DNA from: Acaryochloris marina S15
Lineage (GTDB): Bacteria; Cyanobacteriota; Cyanobacteriia; Thermosynechococcales; Thermosynechococcaceae
Assembly: GCF_018336915.1 (NCBI RefSeq)
Contig: NZ_CP064923.1
Span: 2,100,001 to 2,132,000 of the forward strand
DNA: 32,000 bases
Direction: 5' to 3'
The position numbers and the translations under genes are program-made. The first letter of the stretch is position 1; every line of letters starts with the position of its first letter. Positions 18,261 to 28,584 of this stretch are shown one piece after another. Under the pieces are notes generated by a model. The model made no database searches, was not told the origin of the DNA, and saw only the letters and a program-made list of their open reading frames with translations.

Positions 18261-18668
18261 CTAGAAAACCACCTGAGCCCCAATCATCAGCACAGCCGCC
18301 CAAGAAACCAAGTATGTGGGAGTCCGTAAATAAGGAACCCCGAAGATGTATACGCTGGCGTGCATGACGCGTGCCCAGAAAAAGGTTGCAGCCCAAGCTG
18401 TAATCACACCAGGATTGGCTTCAGTTAAGTGGGCTGCGATCACAACTGCGGCAAATGCGGGCAGGGTTTCCACCATATTCAGATGGGTTCGTTTGGCTCG
18501 CTGTGCCCAGACTGGAATGTCAGGAGATTCTGCAGGGAATTTGCGGGTGGGATAGTTATTGATAAAAGCCGGTATTCCCCAGACAAAGGTGCGATTGAGA
18601 ATATAGGGTGTCCACAGTAATACACAGAGCATGCCGCTGGCAGCCAGATAGAAAAGGGCAGTATTCAT
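18261..18668 (-). CDS. MAPEG-family membrane protein (glutathione-transferase-like)
   Basis: 135-aa protein with 4 predicted TM helices. The size and pattern (R..R.H.N..E..P.F........) are what I associate with MAPEG. Confidence 0.72.
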   Translation of the reverse strand: MNTALFYLAASGMLCVLLWTPYILNRTFVWGIPAFINNYPTRKFPAESPDIPVWAQRAKRTHLNMVETLPAFAAVVIAAHLTEANPGVITAWAATFFWARVMHASVYIFGVPYLRTPTYLVSWAAVLMIGAQVVF

Positions 18669-18722
18669 AGTGTTCTCCTTAGGGTTGATTGAAAGTTCGC
18701 AGATGAATGGGAGACAGAATAT

Positions 18723-19262
18723 TTACTCTGTTCCTCGCAAGGGATAGTTGTTGGGAATGATGTAGGCTAGGCCGCTCAATAGCGAATCAAAATCGATGCG
18801 GGAAAACGGATGGGTGCCAATATTGGCGAAGTACAATCGACCATCCGGCTGAATGAGAAACACGGCGGGTTCACTAAACAAAGCCGGCTCTTGTTCAAAA
18901 TGGCCTTGACTCAGATATAAACCCCAGTCCCGCATCTGGTCTGGTGTTAAGCCATAACCGAGAGATAACTGCTGGAGGTTGGCCTGGGTCTTGAGTTGCT
19001 GTGTTTTGTCTATGCCATCACCACTCAGGGCAATCACTTGAACGCCAAGTTGGGTAAAGGATGCCAGCTTTTGATCAAGTTCAGTGAGATATTGCTGACA
19101 AATGGGGCAATGGAGCCCGCGATAGAAAACCACCATCGTGTAGTGCTCAGGGGTTTGATCTGCCAAGCGCCATGGTCCGTTATCTAAGGTCCGAACAACT
19201 AGGGGTGGGGCGGCATGGCCCATGAGGAGTTTGGGTGAGGTGGTTTGAGCAAAAGTAATCAT
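18723..19262 (-). CDS. Thioredoxin-fold redoxin / peroxiredoxin-like (AhpC/TSA-type) protein
   Basis: 179-aa ORF with the FYRGLHCPICQQYL active-site context (CxxC in a Trx-fold position). It lies immediately upstream of the MAPEG gene and is co-directional with it (54-bp gap). Confidence 0.78.
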   Translation of the reverse strand: MITFAQTTSPKLLMGHAAPPLVVRTLDNGPWRLADQTPEHYTMVVFYRGLHCPICQQYLTELDQKLASFTQLGVQVIALSGDGIDKTQQLKTQANLQQLSLGYGLTPDQMRDWGLYLSQGHFEQEPALFSEPAVFLIQPDGRLYFANIGTHPFSRIDFDSLLSGLAYIIPNNYPLRGTE

Positions 19263-19331
19263 AGGTTTAGTCCGGGATAGAGAGTGCGATCGCAGTTCCG
19301 TTTCGCTTTCTCTATCCTGGAGCAGGTTAAA

Positions 19332-19380
19332 CTATAGAGCAAGACTATTTATTGTATAGAAGCTATAGATATTATCTATA
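19332..19380. promoter_or_regulatory. Cluster of ATAG/CTAT inverted repeats (candidate LysR operator, includes a T-N11-A box)
   Basis: Read directly: ATAGagcaagaCTAT (19334-19348), TATAGaagCTATA (19355-19367, T-N11-A) and ATAGATattATCTAT (19365-19379). They sit in the 119-bp divergent region between the redoxin gene and the LysR gene. Confidence 0.4.
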
Positions 19381-19381
19381 T

Positions 19382-20251
19382 ATGGATCTCTACCAAGTTC
19401 GATACTTTCTGACCATTGCTGAAACGGGTACCTTTTCCCGGGCAGCAGAGCGACTCTATCTTTCTCAGCCGTCCCTATCGGCAGGAATCAAAAAGCTGGA
19501 GCAAGAGCTAGGAGTGGCGTTGTTCGAGCGGGGGGGGCGACGGACGGTTTTAACCGCAGCGGGACAGGCGTTTAAGGAGCGGGCCACGGTGATTATGGCT
19601 CAGTACCAAGCGGCCCTACATGAGCTCAAAGGCTTTAACGATCGCCCGACTCTCAAGGTGGGGGTGCTGAGTACCTTGCGGGTGAGTGAGCTGGCCGATT
19701 TGGTTCATAGTTTTCAGCAACACTATCCCCATGTGACCCTGGAAATGTATGACCATCCCGCCGATGCATTGCAGGACAAACTCCCCCAAGGTGAGGTGGA
19801 TGTGGCAATTACGGTGTTGGGACCACAGGATGATGCCCAAACCTCAACTCTTTTGTTTACTCAGCCCTTGTTGCTAGCTGTTCCTGCCCGTCATCCCTTG
19901 GCACAACGAACTTCGGTGCGGTTAGCTGAACTGGATGGTCAACCCTATATCGATCGGGTGAACTGTGAATTCTTCAAGCAAGAGTGTCAATTGCTAGAAG
20001 CCCAAAAAATCAGTCCCCAAATCGTGTACCGGGCCAGCCATGAGGAATGGGTGATTTCCTTGGTCAAAGCTGGACTGGGGATGAGTATGATGCCCTATTG
20101 GCGGGGACTGACAGACATTGTTTATCTGCCCGTTGTTGATGTCGATTTTCAACGTCGGGTTGGCATTAAATGGCGGCTCCAGTGTTCTGAGATGGTTGAG
20201 CAGTTTTGCCGGTTTGCCACGAGTCATAATTGGGAATCGATGGCGGGGTGA
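19382..20251 (+). CDS. LysR-family transcriptional regulator
   Basis: Canonical N-terminal wHTH (MDLYQVRYFLTIAETGTFSRAAERLYLSQPSLSAGIKKLEQELGVALFER) plus a substrate-binding domain. The ATG at 19382 is preferred over the track's TTG at 19352. Confidence 0.92.
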   Translation: MDLYQVRYFLTIAETGTFSRAAERLYLSQPSLSAGIKKLEQELGVALFERGGRRTVLTAAGQAFKERATVIMAQYQAALHELKGFNDRPTLKVGVLSTLRVSELADLVHSFQQHYPHVTLEMYDHPADALQDKLPQGEVDVAITVLGPQDDAQTSTLLFTQPLLLAVPARHPLAQRTSVRLAELDGQPYIDRVNCEFFKQECQLLEAQKISPQIVYRASHEEWVISLVKAGLGMSMMPYWRGLTDIVYLPVVDVDFQRRVGIKWRLQCSEMVEQFCRFATSHNWESMAG

Positions 20252-20253
20252 AA

Positions 20254-20940
20254 CTAAGGTGCGATCGCATCCAACGCATCCCAGAATGCCTGCAGATCCT
20301 CGTAGTGAGGGAGAATCACTTTTGCCCCTTCAATTTTAAGTTGGTGAGCGGCTTCTCCGGTCGCAATGCCAATAAAAGGATATTTTAAGTTTTTCGCGGC
20401 TCGTACATCCCAAATGCCATCCCCCACATAGATCACATGGGTAAAAGTCTGTTGGTAGGTTGCTTGAGCACGGTCCAGGGCAATCTGACAAATACCTTCT
20501 CGTGAATCATGATCGTCTGCAAAGGCATATGGAATGTCCGCAAAGGGTAATCCCGCCGACTGCAGCTTAAACTGAACCGATGCAGTCCAAGCGCCACCTG
20601 CGTAGCAGATCTGATAATCCGGGGAAGCTTGCAACTGTTTCAGCAGGACATCAGCACCAGCAATAGGGAAAACGCCGCCCTCCCGGACAGCACCTTGGGC
20701 GAGTCGTTGCAACAATTGTTTTTGAAAGAGCGCTATTTCATTGGAGTCAGGTAAACGTCCTAACTGTTGTTCACAGATTTCCCGAAGAATACAGGCATCC
20801 GTGACATGGGTATAGGTGGCCCAATCTTCAGAGATATTCGTAATTCCAAAAATGTCTTGAACTGTTTGGACAAACGCCAGATCGTCGAGGTCATTGGAGG
20901 CCGTAAGGGTGCCATCAATATCGAACATTATCAGTTTCAT
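20254..20940 (-). CDS. HAD-superfamily hydrolase
   Basis: HAD motif I (MFDIDGTL) at the N-terminus and motif IV-like VGDGIWD near the C-terminus. Confidence 0.85.
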   Translation of the reverse strand: MKLIMFDIDGTLTASNDLDDLAFVQTVQDIFGITNISEDWATYTHVTDACILREICEQQLGRLPDSNEIALFQKQLLQRLAQGAVREGGVFPIAGADVLLKQLQASPDYQICYAGGAWTASVQFKLQSAGLPFADIPYAFADDHDSREGICQIALDRAQATYQQTFTHVIYVGDGIWDVRAAKNLKYPFIGIATGEAAHQLKIEGAKVILPHYEDLQAFWDALDAIAP

Positions 20941-21263
20941 GGTCTGAAGCTTATCTGGGAATTAGGTTGGATTTATTAGCATATCGTTACTTTTGTTCAA
21001 TGTTTCGATGAACAGAATGAACGCCCATTTTAAGGCTGCTTTAGCCCAGAAGACGTCATATTCCTGGGGCAGACTTTATCCGTTCTGGAAAGGTTGCCCT
21101 ATTCGTTACCCCTCAACTTTATTCATTCTTTTACTGTTGAAAGTATATTTATCTTTACTCAGTAAGGCTTCTAGCCCTTATCGATGGAGAAGGACTTTTA
21201 AAAGTGCAGGTTATATTAAAAGAGGTATTTATCTCGATACCAAATAATTCCTAGGGTTTGCTG

Positions 21264-21875
21264 ATGATGACAAATAATAAAGAGGTAGGTCCCATCTTGG
21301 GGACCGAAAACCTATTGAGCATTCTGTTAAGTGGATCGGAGACTTGGAATGATTGGCGGATTAAAAATCCGACCATCCCGGTTAACTTGTTTAAAGCCAA
21401 TCTCAGTAATGCACTGCTCCGAGGCGCAAATTTTGCTAACGCAGATTTTCGTAAAGCTAAACTGTTTCGAGCGGACTTACGGGCAGTGTGCCTCTATCGG
21501 GCTGATCTGAGGGGCGCCAATCTTAAAGGTGCCAATCTGTTTGGTGCCAACCTGAGTGGAGCCAACCTGAGTGGTGCGAACCTCAGTAATGCCATGCTTT
21601 ACTGTGCCAATCTTGGAGGGGCCAATTTAAGAGGCACCATTTTAGACAGTGCAAACTTGATGCGAGCTAACTTCAGCCATGGAGATCTTCGGAATGCCAT
21701 TCTTCGGAATGCCAAACTCCAAGGCACTCACTTTGAGGGGACTCGTATGTTGCGCACTGACTTGGATGAGATTAACCTCAGCAAGGTCCAGATCGATGGG
21801 GTTCACTTAATGGATGTTGATATCAACCATTCTGCGATGGAAGATGCTGCCGTTACGGGCATCCTCATTAGCTGA
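21264..21875 (+). CDS. Pentapeptide-repeat protein (cytoplasmic, no signal peptide)
   Basis: Contiguous A(N/D)LxG pentapeptides (ANLSNALLRGANFANADFRKAKLFRADLRAV...GANLKGANLFGANLSGANLSGANLSNA). The ATG at 21264 is preferred over the TTG at 21258. Confidence 0.88.
   Translation: MMTNNKEVGPILGTENLLSILLSGSETWNDWRIKNPTIPVNLFKANLSNALLRGANFANADFRKAKLFRADLRAVCLYRADLRGANLKGANLFGANLSGANLSGANLSNAMLYCANLGGANLRGTILDSANLMRANFSHGDLRNAILRNAKLQGTHFEGTRMLRTDLDEINLSKVQIDGVHLMDVDINHSAMEDAAVTGILIS
21543..21587. repeat. Three tandem near-identical 15-bp units inside the pentapeptide gene
   Basis: The units ggtgccaacctgagt / ggagccaacctgagt / ggtgcgaacctcagt encode GANLS x3. Confidence 0.8.
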
Positions 21876-21914
21876 TATCGATCTTGGGCATCTGTTCAGA
21901 GAAAACATCATAAC

Positions 21915-21944
21915 GGGTGACCATTCCTAACGGTTTGGTCACCC
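21915..21944. terminator. Hairpin between convergent pentapeptide and ilvE genes
   Basis: 9-bp stem (gggtgacca / tggtcaccc) with a 12-nt loop, followed on + by cgtttgactttc (weak T-run). Confidence 0.35.
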
Positions 21945-21994
21945 CGTTTGACTTTCTCTCTAGCAATGAATCTCCGCTGTATCTGATGACCAGA

Positions 21995-22954
21995 CTAAGA
22001 ATTTAGACCTATAACTTTGAGCCAGTTAGAGTACCGTTGCTCTGCTCCCATCATCACATTTTTCATCAACTCGCGTAATTGGTCTGATACCGGACGGTGT
22101 GCTGGCAGTTTGTAGGTTTCAATTTCCAACACGGGTGAGATTTGAGCTGCTGTGCCACAGAGAAAGACTTCATCTGCAATAAACAGTTCAGACTTGTCCA
22201 CTGGACGCTCAATCACAGGAATCTCTAGATCCTGTGCCAGTGTGATGATGCTGGCTCGGGTAATGCCTTCTAAAATGTCCTGATCAACACTGGGGGTAAT
22301 CAATTGGCCATTTCTGACCAGAAATAAATTCATGGCCGATGCCTCGCTGACCTTACCCTGAGAGTTCATCAAAATTGCTTCATCAAACCCTGAAGCAACC
22401 GCTTCTGTTTTTGCTAGGGCTGATGCAATATATGCAGCACTCGACTTGCCTCGCAGGGGCTGGCTGCGATCTTCCTGTCGTAGCCAAGAGCTGATTCGAC
22501 ATCGTACACCGCCTTGGTGCAAGTAATCTCCCATTTCTAGGCCATAGATTAACAGGTCTTTGTCGACATCATGGAGTCGGGGTGCAATGCCCAGGCTTGA
22601 GGTGTAGATCAACGGCCGGATATAGAAGGAGGTTTGGGGCTGGTTGCGGCGAACAAATTCAACAAATGTTGCTTCTAGGTCGATGGGGTCAATATCGGTA
22701 TTGAGATATTTAGCACTCTGACTCAATCGCCGACAGTGATCCGTAAGACGAAACAACATCATCTGTTTGGAGTCATGGGGAGAGGGCACTCCTCGAATTC
22801 CACCTAGGACAGAGGTGCCGTAGTGAAGCGCGTGGGTGGCAATGGAAAGTTGGGCTTCAGGAAAGGGGCAGAATTTTCCTGCCAAGAAAGCTATGGGCAG
22901 AAATTCTGGAACAGGAGTCGCTGCTGGTAATTCGGGTTGAGTGAGGAGTGTCAT
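21995..22954 (-). CDS. ilvE: Branched-chain amino acid aminotransferase (class IV PLP enzyme)
   Basis: 319-aa ORF with class IV aminotransferase features (HALHYGTSVLGGIRG, FYIRP, KSSAAYIASALAKTEA, EASAMNLF, ILEGITR, DEVFLCGTAAQISPV). Confidence 0.85.
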   Translation of the reverse strand: MTLLTQPELPAATPVPEFLPIAFLAGKFCPFPEAQLSIATHALHYGTSVLGGIRGVPSPHDSKQMMLFRLTDHCRRLSQSAKYLNTDIDPIDLEATFVEFVRRNQPQTSFYIRPLIYTSSLGIAPRLHDVDKDLLIYGLEMGDYLHQGGVRCRISSWLRQEDRSQPLRGKSSAAYIASALAKTEAVASGFDEAILMNSQGKVSEASAMNLFLVRNGQLITPSVDQDILEGITRASIITLAQDLEIPVIERPVDKSELFIADEVFLCGTAAQISPVLEIETYKLPAHRPVSDQLRELMKNVMMGAEQRYSNWLKVIGLNS

Positions 22955-23021
22955 GATACAGCACTTGCAAAAGGTTCACGATGAACTTTAAAATAGCACC
23001 ACTCTTTAGTGGTGTCATCTA

Positions 23022-23840
23022 ATGAGCGATGCCCAGTACTTAGAAAGCCTTGTAGATTTGGGATTGACTCGGTATCAGGCCGCTGTCTATTTGGCTCTGA
23101 TGGATCGGCAGGACTTTACGCCTGCTCAGATTGCGACCCGTGCTCAAGTTCCTCGGCAGCGGATTTATGATGTCTTGGCATCACTGTGCGATCGCGGTTT
23201 ATGTCTCGAACGCCATTCTGGTCGGCAACGGATTTTCCAAGCTGTGGATCCGTCCCAGGCTCTACCCACCCTGCTGCAAGAAAAACAGAAACAATTCAAC
23301 GCCGAACTTCAGCGACAAGAACAACAGACGCATCTTGCCATCAACGCCCTTGCCCCCCTGTATACCCAAGGCCACAACACCCAAGATCCTCTGGCTTATA
23401 TTGATGTCATCTCTGAGCCGAATCGGATTACGGACTGTGGCGTTAAACTTTCCCAAGCGGCCCAATCCTCGATCAGTGTTTTCTTCACCTACCCGTCTTT
23501 ACTGAGTCATGAAAACGGGCTCACCCTCGTGCAAGATCCACTTCAGCGCGGTATCTGCTATCGTACGATCTACGAACACAACATCTGGCAAGATCCCAGT
23601 AGCCAAGATTTTATTCGCCAGTGCCAAGACTGGGGGCAGCACGTTCGTTTTGTGAATGAGGTGCCGTTCAAAATGCAGCTTTTTGATCAGAAAATTACAT
23701 TACTTTCTCTGCAGGACCCCTTATTGGGAACGCCTAGCTTTACGGCCTTAAATATTACCCATCCAGGACTAGGGGGAATGCTCAATATTGCCTTTGAATC
23801 CTTGTGGGCACAGGGCACATCTGAACCTCTACAGACTTAA
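23022..23840 (+). CDS. TrmB-like transcriptional regulator
   Basis: The N-terminal wHTH matches the TrmB pattern (LVDLGLTRYQAAVYLALMDRQDFTPAQIATRAQVPRQRIYDVLASLCDRGL). It is followed by a coiled linker and a C-terminal domain. Confidence 0.72.
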   Translation: MSDAQYLESLVDLGLTRYQAAVYLALMDRQDFTPAQIATRAQVPRQRIYDVLASLCDRGLCLERHSGRQRIFQAVDPSQALPTLLQEKQKQFNAELQRQEQQTHLAINALAPLYTQGHNTQDPLAYIDVISEPNRITDCGVKLSQAAQSSISVFFTYPSLLSHENGLTLVQDPLQRGICYRTIYEHNIWQDPSSQDFIRQCQDWGQHVRFVNEVPFKMQLFDQKITLLSLQDPLLGTPSFTALNITHPGLGGMLNIAFESLWAQGTSEPLQT

Positions 23841-23980
23841 TTCAACGGATTTATAGTGTCTCAGAAAGCTGATGGGCAACTTACCCAGAAGCCTTTTACA
23901 AGACAACGGACTTCTCTCAACGATAAATTTAGGATTCTGAAAAGAAAGTTTACGTTGAGTCCCTTAAATGATAGGTTTAG

Positions 23981-25510
<1,530 letters not shown>

Positions 25511-25519
25511 GGAGGCATT

Positions 25520-25936
25520 ATGTCACTAACAGTACGAGTCATTGCTGCCGATAAGACGGTGTGGGACTCTGCGGCTGAAGAAGTCATTCTGCCCAGCACC
25601 ACTGGCCAACTCGGTATCCTATCAGGTCACGCACCATTACTCTCGGCTCTTGATGTCGGGGTAATGCGGGTTCGACCTGGTAAAGACTGGGTTTCCATCG
25701 CTCTCATGGGTGGCTTCGTTGAAGTTGAAAATGATGAAGTGATTATTTTGGTGAACGGTGCTGAGCGCGGTGACGCCATTGATCGGGAAGAAGCCCGCTC
25801 CACTTTATCTGCTGCTCAAACTCGATTAGATCAATCAGAGCAAAGCGAAGATAAGCAAGAGCGTTACGAAGCACAACGTGACTTCAAACGCGCCCGTGCT
25901 CGACTTCAAGCCTCTGGCGAAGTCGTCAAAATCTAA
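25520..25936 (+). CDS. atpC: F1 ATP synthase epsilon subunit (cyanobacterial atpE)
   Basis: 138-aa ORF 9 nt after the beta-subunit stop with GGAGG upstream. It has an N-terminal beta-sandwich pattern ([43 protein letters not shown]) and a C-terminal helical hairpin. Confidence 0.94.
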   Translation: MSLTVRVIAADKTVWDSAAEEVILPSTTGQLGILSGHAPLLSALDVGVMRVRPGKDWVSIALMGGFVEVENDEVIILVNGAERGDAIDREEARSTLSAAQTRLDQSEQSEDKQERYEAQRDFKRARARLQASGEVVKI

Positions 25937-25958
25937 GTTTCATTGGTTGTTGACTGTT

Positions 25959-25994
25959 CTGAGCCTTGCTATTGCAAGGCTCAGTTCTTTTTTA
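25959..25994 (+). terminator. Rho-independent terminator of the ATP synthase beta-epsilon operon
   Basis: Perfect 11-bp GC-rich stem (ctgagccttgc / gcaaggctcag), 4-nt loop (tatt), followed by ttctttttt. Confidence 0.88.
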
Positions 25995-26262
25995 TGGAAT
26001 TTACCCAATAATTAACCCGCTGAATGACGGCTCTATGGCCAGCTCAAATTCCGTGGCGATGTTAGGAATGAGGTTTATTGTTAGTCAAAAAAGTTAGAAC
26101 TTTCTTGGGTTGATAGACTCAAACATAAGATGTGGAAGCATCAATCAACCAACGGATTTCTGTTCTATCTTCTAACATTAGGCGTTCCCACTTCCTAAAA
26201 GTGATGTGATTGAGCAAGGTATAGAAGAGATAACCTATTCATCAGACCATGTGGAAGATTAG

Positions 26263-26757
26263 TTATTGAGTCTGTTTCGGATAGGTAACCAAGAATAGAG
26301 TATAGAAGAATAAAATAAAAATGCTATGAAAAATTATGTGTCCATCTAAACTATTTCTTACCCTCCAATAATTCCATATTTCATAGGAATTGCGAGCGGG
26401 GATAGCAAAGACAATCAGCTGGCAATACGTTCCATCAATCCAAGCCAATATAGTTATTCCGTAAAATATCGTTCTGAGCCAAAGAGGACAAAGAGTATTT
26501 ACTGCTTTAAAAGAATCCTGCTCACGGCTATATATGGAGATTAAATGGCAGGCAACGACGAATAATGGAGCCATGAAAAATAGTAAAACTGTACGATGCC
26601 AGTTAATTAAATCTTTTGCCTGTGAAATATTTTCTGATAGTGGCGTGATTATCTCGACATAAGTTTTTACATGATGCCACAAGAAAACTAATGTCATAGA
26701 GGACAAAAATAATCCTGTAAATCTGAGTGTTTTGATAACTCTGTTATCGGTAAGCAT
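26263..26757 (-). CDS. Hypothetical polytopic membrane protein in an AT-rich segment
   Basis: 164-aa ORF with 4-5 hydrophobic segments (e.g. FTGLFLSSMTLVFLW, LLFFMAPLFVVACHLI, IFYGITILAWI, IIFHSIFILFFYTLFLV). No motif recognised. The local sequence is visibly much more AT-rich than its neighbours. Confidence 0.5.
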   Translation of the reverse strand: MLTDNRVIKTLRFTGLFLSSMTLVFLWHHVKTYVEIITPLSENISQAKDLINWHRTVLLFFMAPLFVVACHLISIYSREQDSFKAVNTLCPLWLRTIFYGITILAWIDGTYCQLIVFAIPARNSYEIWNYWRVRNSLDGHIIFHSIFILFFYTLFLVTYPKQTQ

Positions 26758-26787
26758 TGACTTAAAATACAGAATTTCCTGTGTAGA

Positions 26788-26820
26788 CTTGCAGCAGTTT
26801 TTTGAACAGACTGCTGCAAG
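26788..26820. terminator. Hairpin just downstream of the SPFH gene
   Basis: Perfect 11-bp stem (cttgcagcagt / actgctgcaag) with an 11-nt loop, 12 nt beyond the SPFH stop. The T-run (ttttgtattt) is on the + side, so its orientation as a minus-strand terminator is imperfect. Confidence 0.45.
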
Positions 26821-26831
26821 TTTTGTATTTA

Positions 26832-27677
26832 CTATTGCTGGGAATCCACATCTCCTAAATTAAAGAGAAATGGGATGCTGTTATTGCCTTTTCCGTCCAT
26901 AACTAGAACCTTGGGCATTTGGGCACCCCCTTCACGCCAGGCGGCGATCGCTTCTTTTTGGAGTACTAGCTTGCCTCCTTGGCTTTTTAAGGTTTCAGCC
27001 AAGAGGCGCTGAGCTTCGGCTTTACCTTTGGCGCGGTTAATTTCCGCTTGGGCCTGGGCTTCGGCTTTCTTCGCATCAAAAATGGCTTGTTTGGCCTGCT
27101 GTTCAGCAATTTGCTTGGCTTCAACGGCCTCATTAAATTTAGGGCTAAAGCTGAGGTTTTCAATGGCACTGCCCTCAAAATTGATGCCAAAGCTAGATAG
27201 CCGTTTGGTCATGCCTTCGTCAAAGGCTTGACGAAGCTGCTCACGCTTAGTAATCGCTTCTTCAGCTGTATATTGAGCACTGGATGCCTTAAATGCTTCT
27301 TGGGTTAGGGATCTGACCTTAGCTGTAACTTGAGACATGGTGCCAATACGGGTTCTAGTATTGGCTAGTGGACCTGGATCGATGGTGTAGAAAACCGTTA
27401 GTTCGGCGGTGAGGTCTTGTAAATCTTTGGTTGCGGCTGCTGCGGGGAACTGCTCTTGTTGGATGTTGGCATCGTAAACATCAATCCCGCAAAATAAAGG
27501 ACATTTGAGGTTCAGACCACTTTGGACCGCTCCTTTTTGGACTTTGCCTAAGAACTTGTAAACACCAATTTGGGTGGGTCCTAGAATTTGAAAAGTATTG
27601 ACACCCACTAAAGCTATAAACAGTCCTAGCCCGGTTTTCCAATTCAACCAACCAAGAGTGTTTTTGACATTATTCAT
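26832..27677 (-). CDS. SPFH/Band-7 (prohibitin/HflC-like) membrane protein
   Basis: N-terminal TM (GLGLFIALVGVNTF), an SPFH core (GVYKFLGKV....GLNLKCPLF..I..YD...Q) and an Ala/Glu/Gln-rich coiled coil (AVEAKQIAEQQAKQAIFDAKKAEAQAQAEINRAKGKAEAQRLLAE). Confidence 0.85.
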   Translation of the reverse strand: MNNVKNTLGWLNWKTGLGLFIALVGVNTFQILGPTQIGVYKFLGKVQKGAVQSGLNLKCPLFCGIDVYDANIQQEQFPAAAATKDLQDLTAELTVFYTIDPGPLANTRTRIGTMSQVTAKVRSLTQEAFKASSAQYTAEEAITKREQLRQAFDEGMTKRLSSFGINFEGSAIENLSFSPKFNEAVEAKQIAEQQAKQAIFDAKKAEAQAQAEINRAKGKAEAQRLLAETLKSQGGKLVLQKEAIAAWREGGAQMPKVLVMDGKGNNSIPFLFNLGDVDSQQ

Positions 27678-27813
27678 TTGTTTGTCTCCAATGAACCTTC
27701 AAGGTTCAAAAGCTGTATAAATTCAATCGACGCTGACGAAGTGGCGTTTCTATGGGTTGATAAGCAAGGAAAATTATCCTTAGAAATTTGGGCTTATTCG
27801 TACTGGCCCAACG

Positions 27814-28566
27814 TTAATCTGCTGTTAGAAAAGGCTGTGATTCAAATCTTGAAAGCTTGGCAACGACTGCATTGGGGAATCCTTGCAGTTGCTGTTGGAA
27901 GCTCTGGACGGCCTGGTTATATCGCATTCGTTCTACGGCCAACCGATTTTCTGTACCAGTGATTTCATACTGGAGGTTGATATAAAGTTGGCTGGATTTT
28001 AGAGCTGAATGGTTCAGGGCATAGGTTTGAAACTGATCAATGGCCTGATCTATTTTTTCTATTGCATCCTGCTGCTGTTCAAGACTGCGGGCCTCTAAGT
28101 AGGCTTGCCGCGCCTCGATGAGTGCTGTCACTAGGATGCTTTCGTGGGTGGTGTAGGCTTGGGTGACTTTGACCAATTTAGGGATTAAATCTGCTCGTCG
28201 CTGACGTTGGTTCTCGACTTGCGCCCAAGCAGCTTCTACCTGAATTTTATGATTGGTAATCGCGTTGTATGTGGTAAAGATCCATCCTACGCCTCCCATT
28301 ATAGCAATTGAGCCGATAAGCAGCCATTGACTTAACCACCGTCTAATATACTGCCTTTTTTTCTCTTTTTTGGTGTTTTTGGCTTGAATTTCTGCAATGG
28401 CTTGAGGAATATACTTCGCTGAAATCCCTGCTTCTTCTGCTGCTGCTTCCAACTCTGCTAGTGAGTAGCGTTCTAAGTTAGCAGAGGCGTATTGAGAGGC
28501 TAACTCAAAAATTGCAGGGGCTTCATTGGCAGGAATATTTTGCTTGTCAGGTCTCATTGTTTCCAT
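27814..28566 (-). CDS. LemA-family protein with ~80-aa N-terminal extension
   Basis: TM (WLLIGSIAIMGGVGWIFTTY) followed by the LemA core (YNAI......V.AAWAQVENQRQRRADLIPKLV..........HE..........AR...). Typical LemA proteins begin at the TM; here ~80 residues precede it. Confidence 0.85.
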   Translation of the reverse strand: METMRPDKQNIPANEAPAIFELASQYASANLERYSLAELEAAAEEAGISAKYIPQAIAEIQAKNTKKEKKRQYIRRWLSQWLLIGSIAIMGGVGWIFTTYNAITNHKIQVEAAWAQVENQRQRRADLIPKLVKVTQAYTTHESILVTALIEARQAYLEARSLEQQQDAIEKIDQAIDQFQTYALNHSALKSSQLYINLQYEITGTENRLAVERMRYNQAVQSFQQQLQGFPNAVVAKLSRFESQPFLTAD

Positions 28567-28584
28567 CTCTTGAGAAATAGTGAT

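Noticed and set aside
20993-21247. 84-aa plus-strand ORF in the intergenic region upstream of the second pentapeptide gene
   Set aside because: The region is AT-rich, the start is non-ATG, the composition is odd and no motif is present. It more likely contains the promoters of the divergent HAD and pentapeptide genes.
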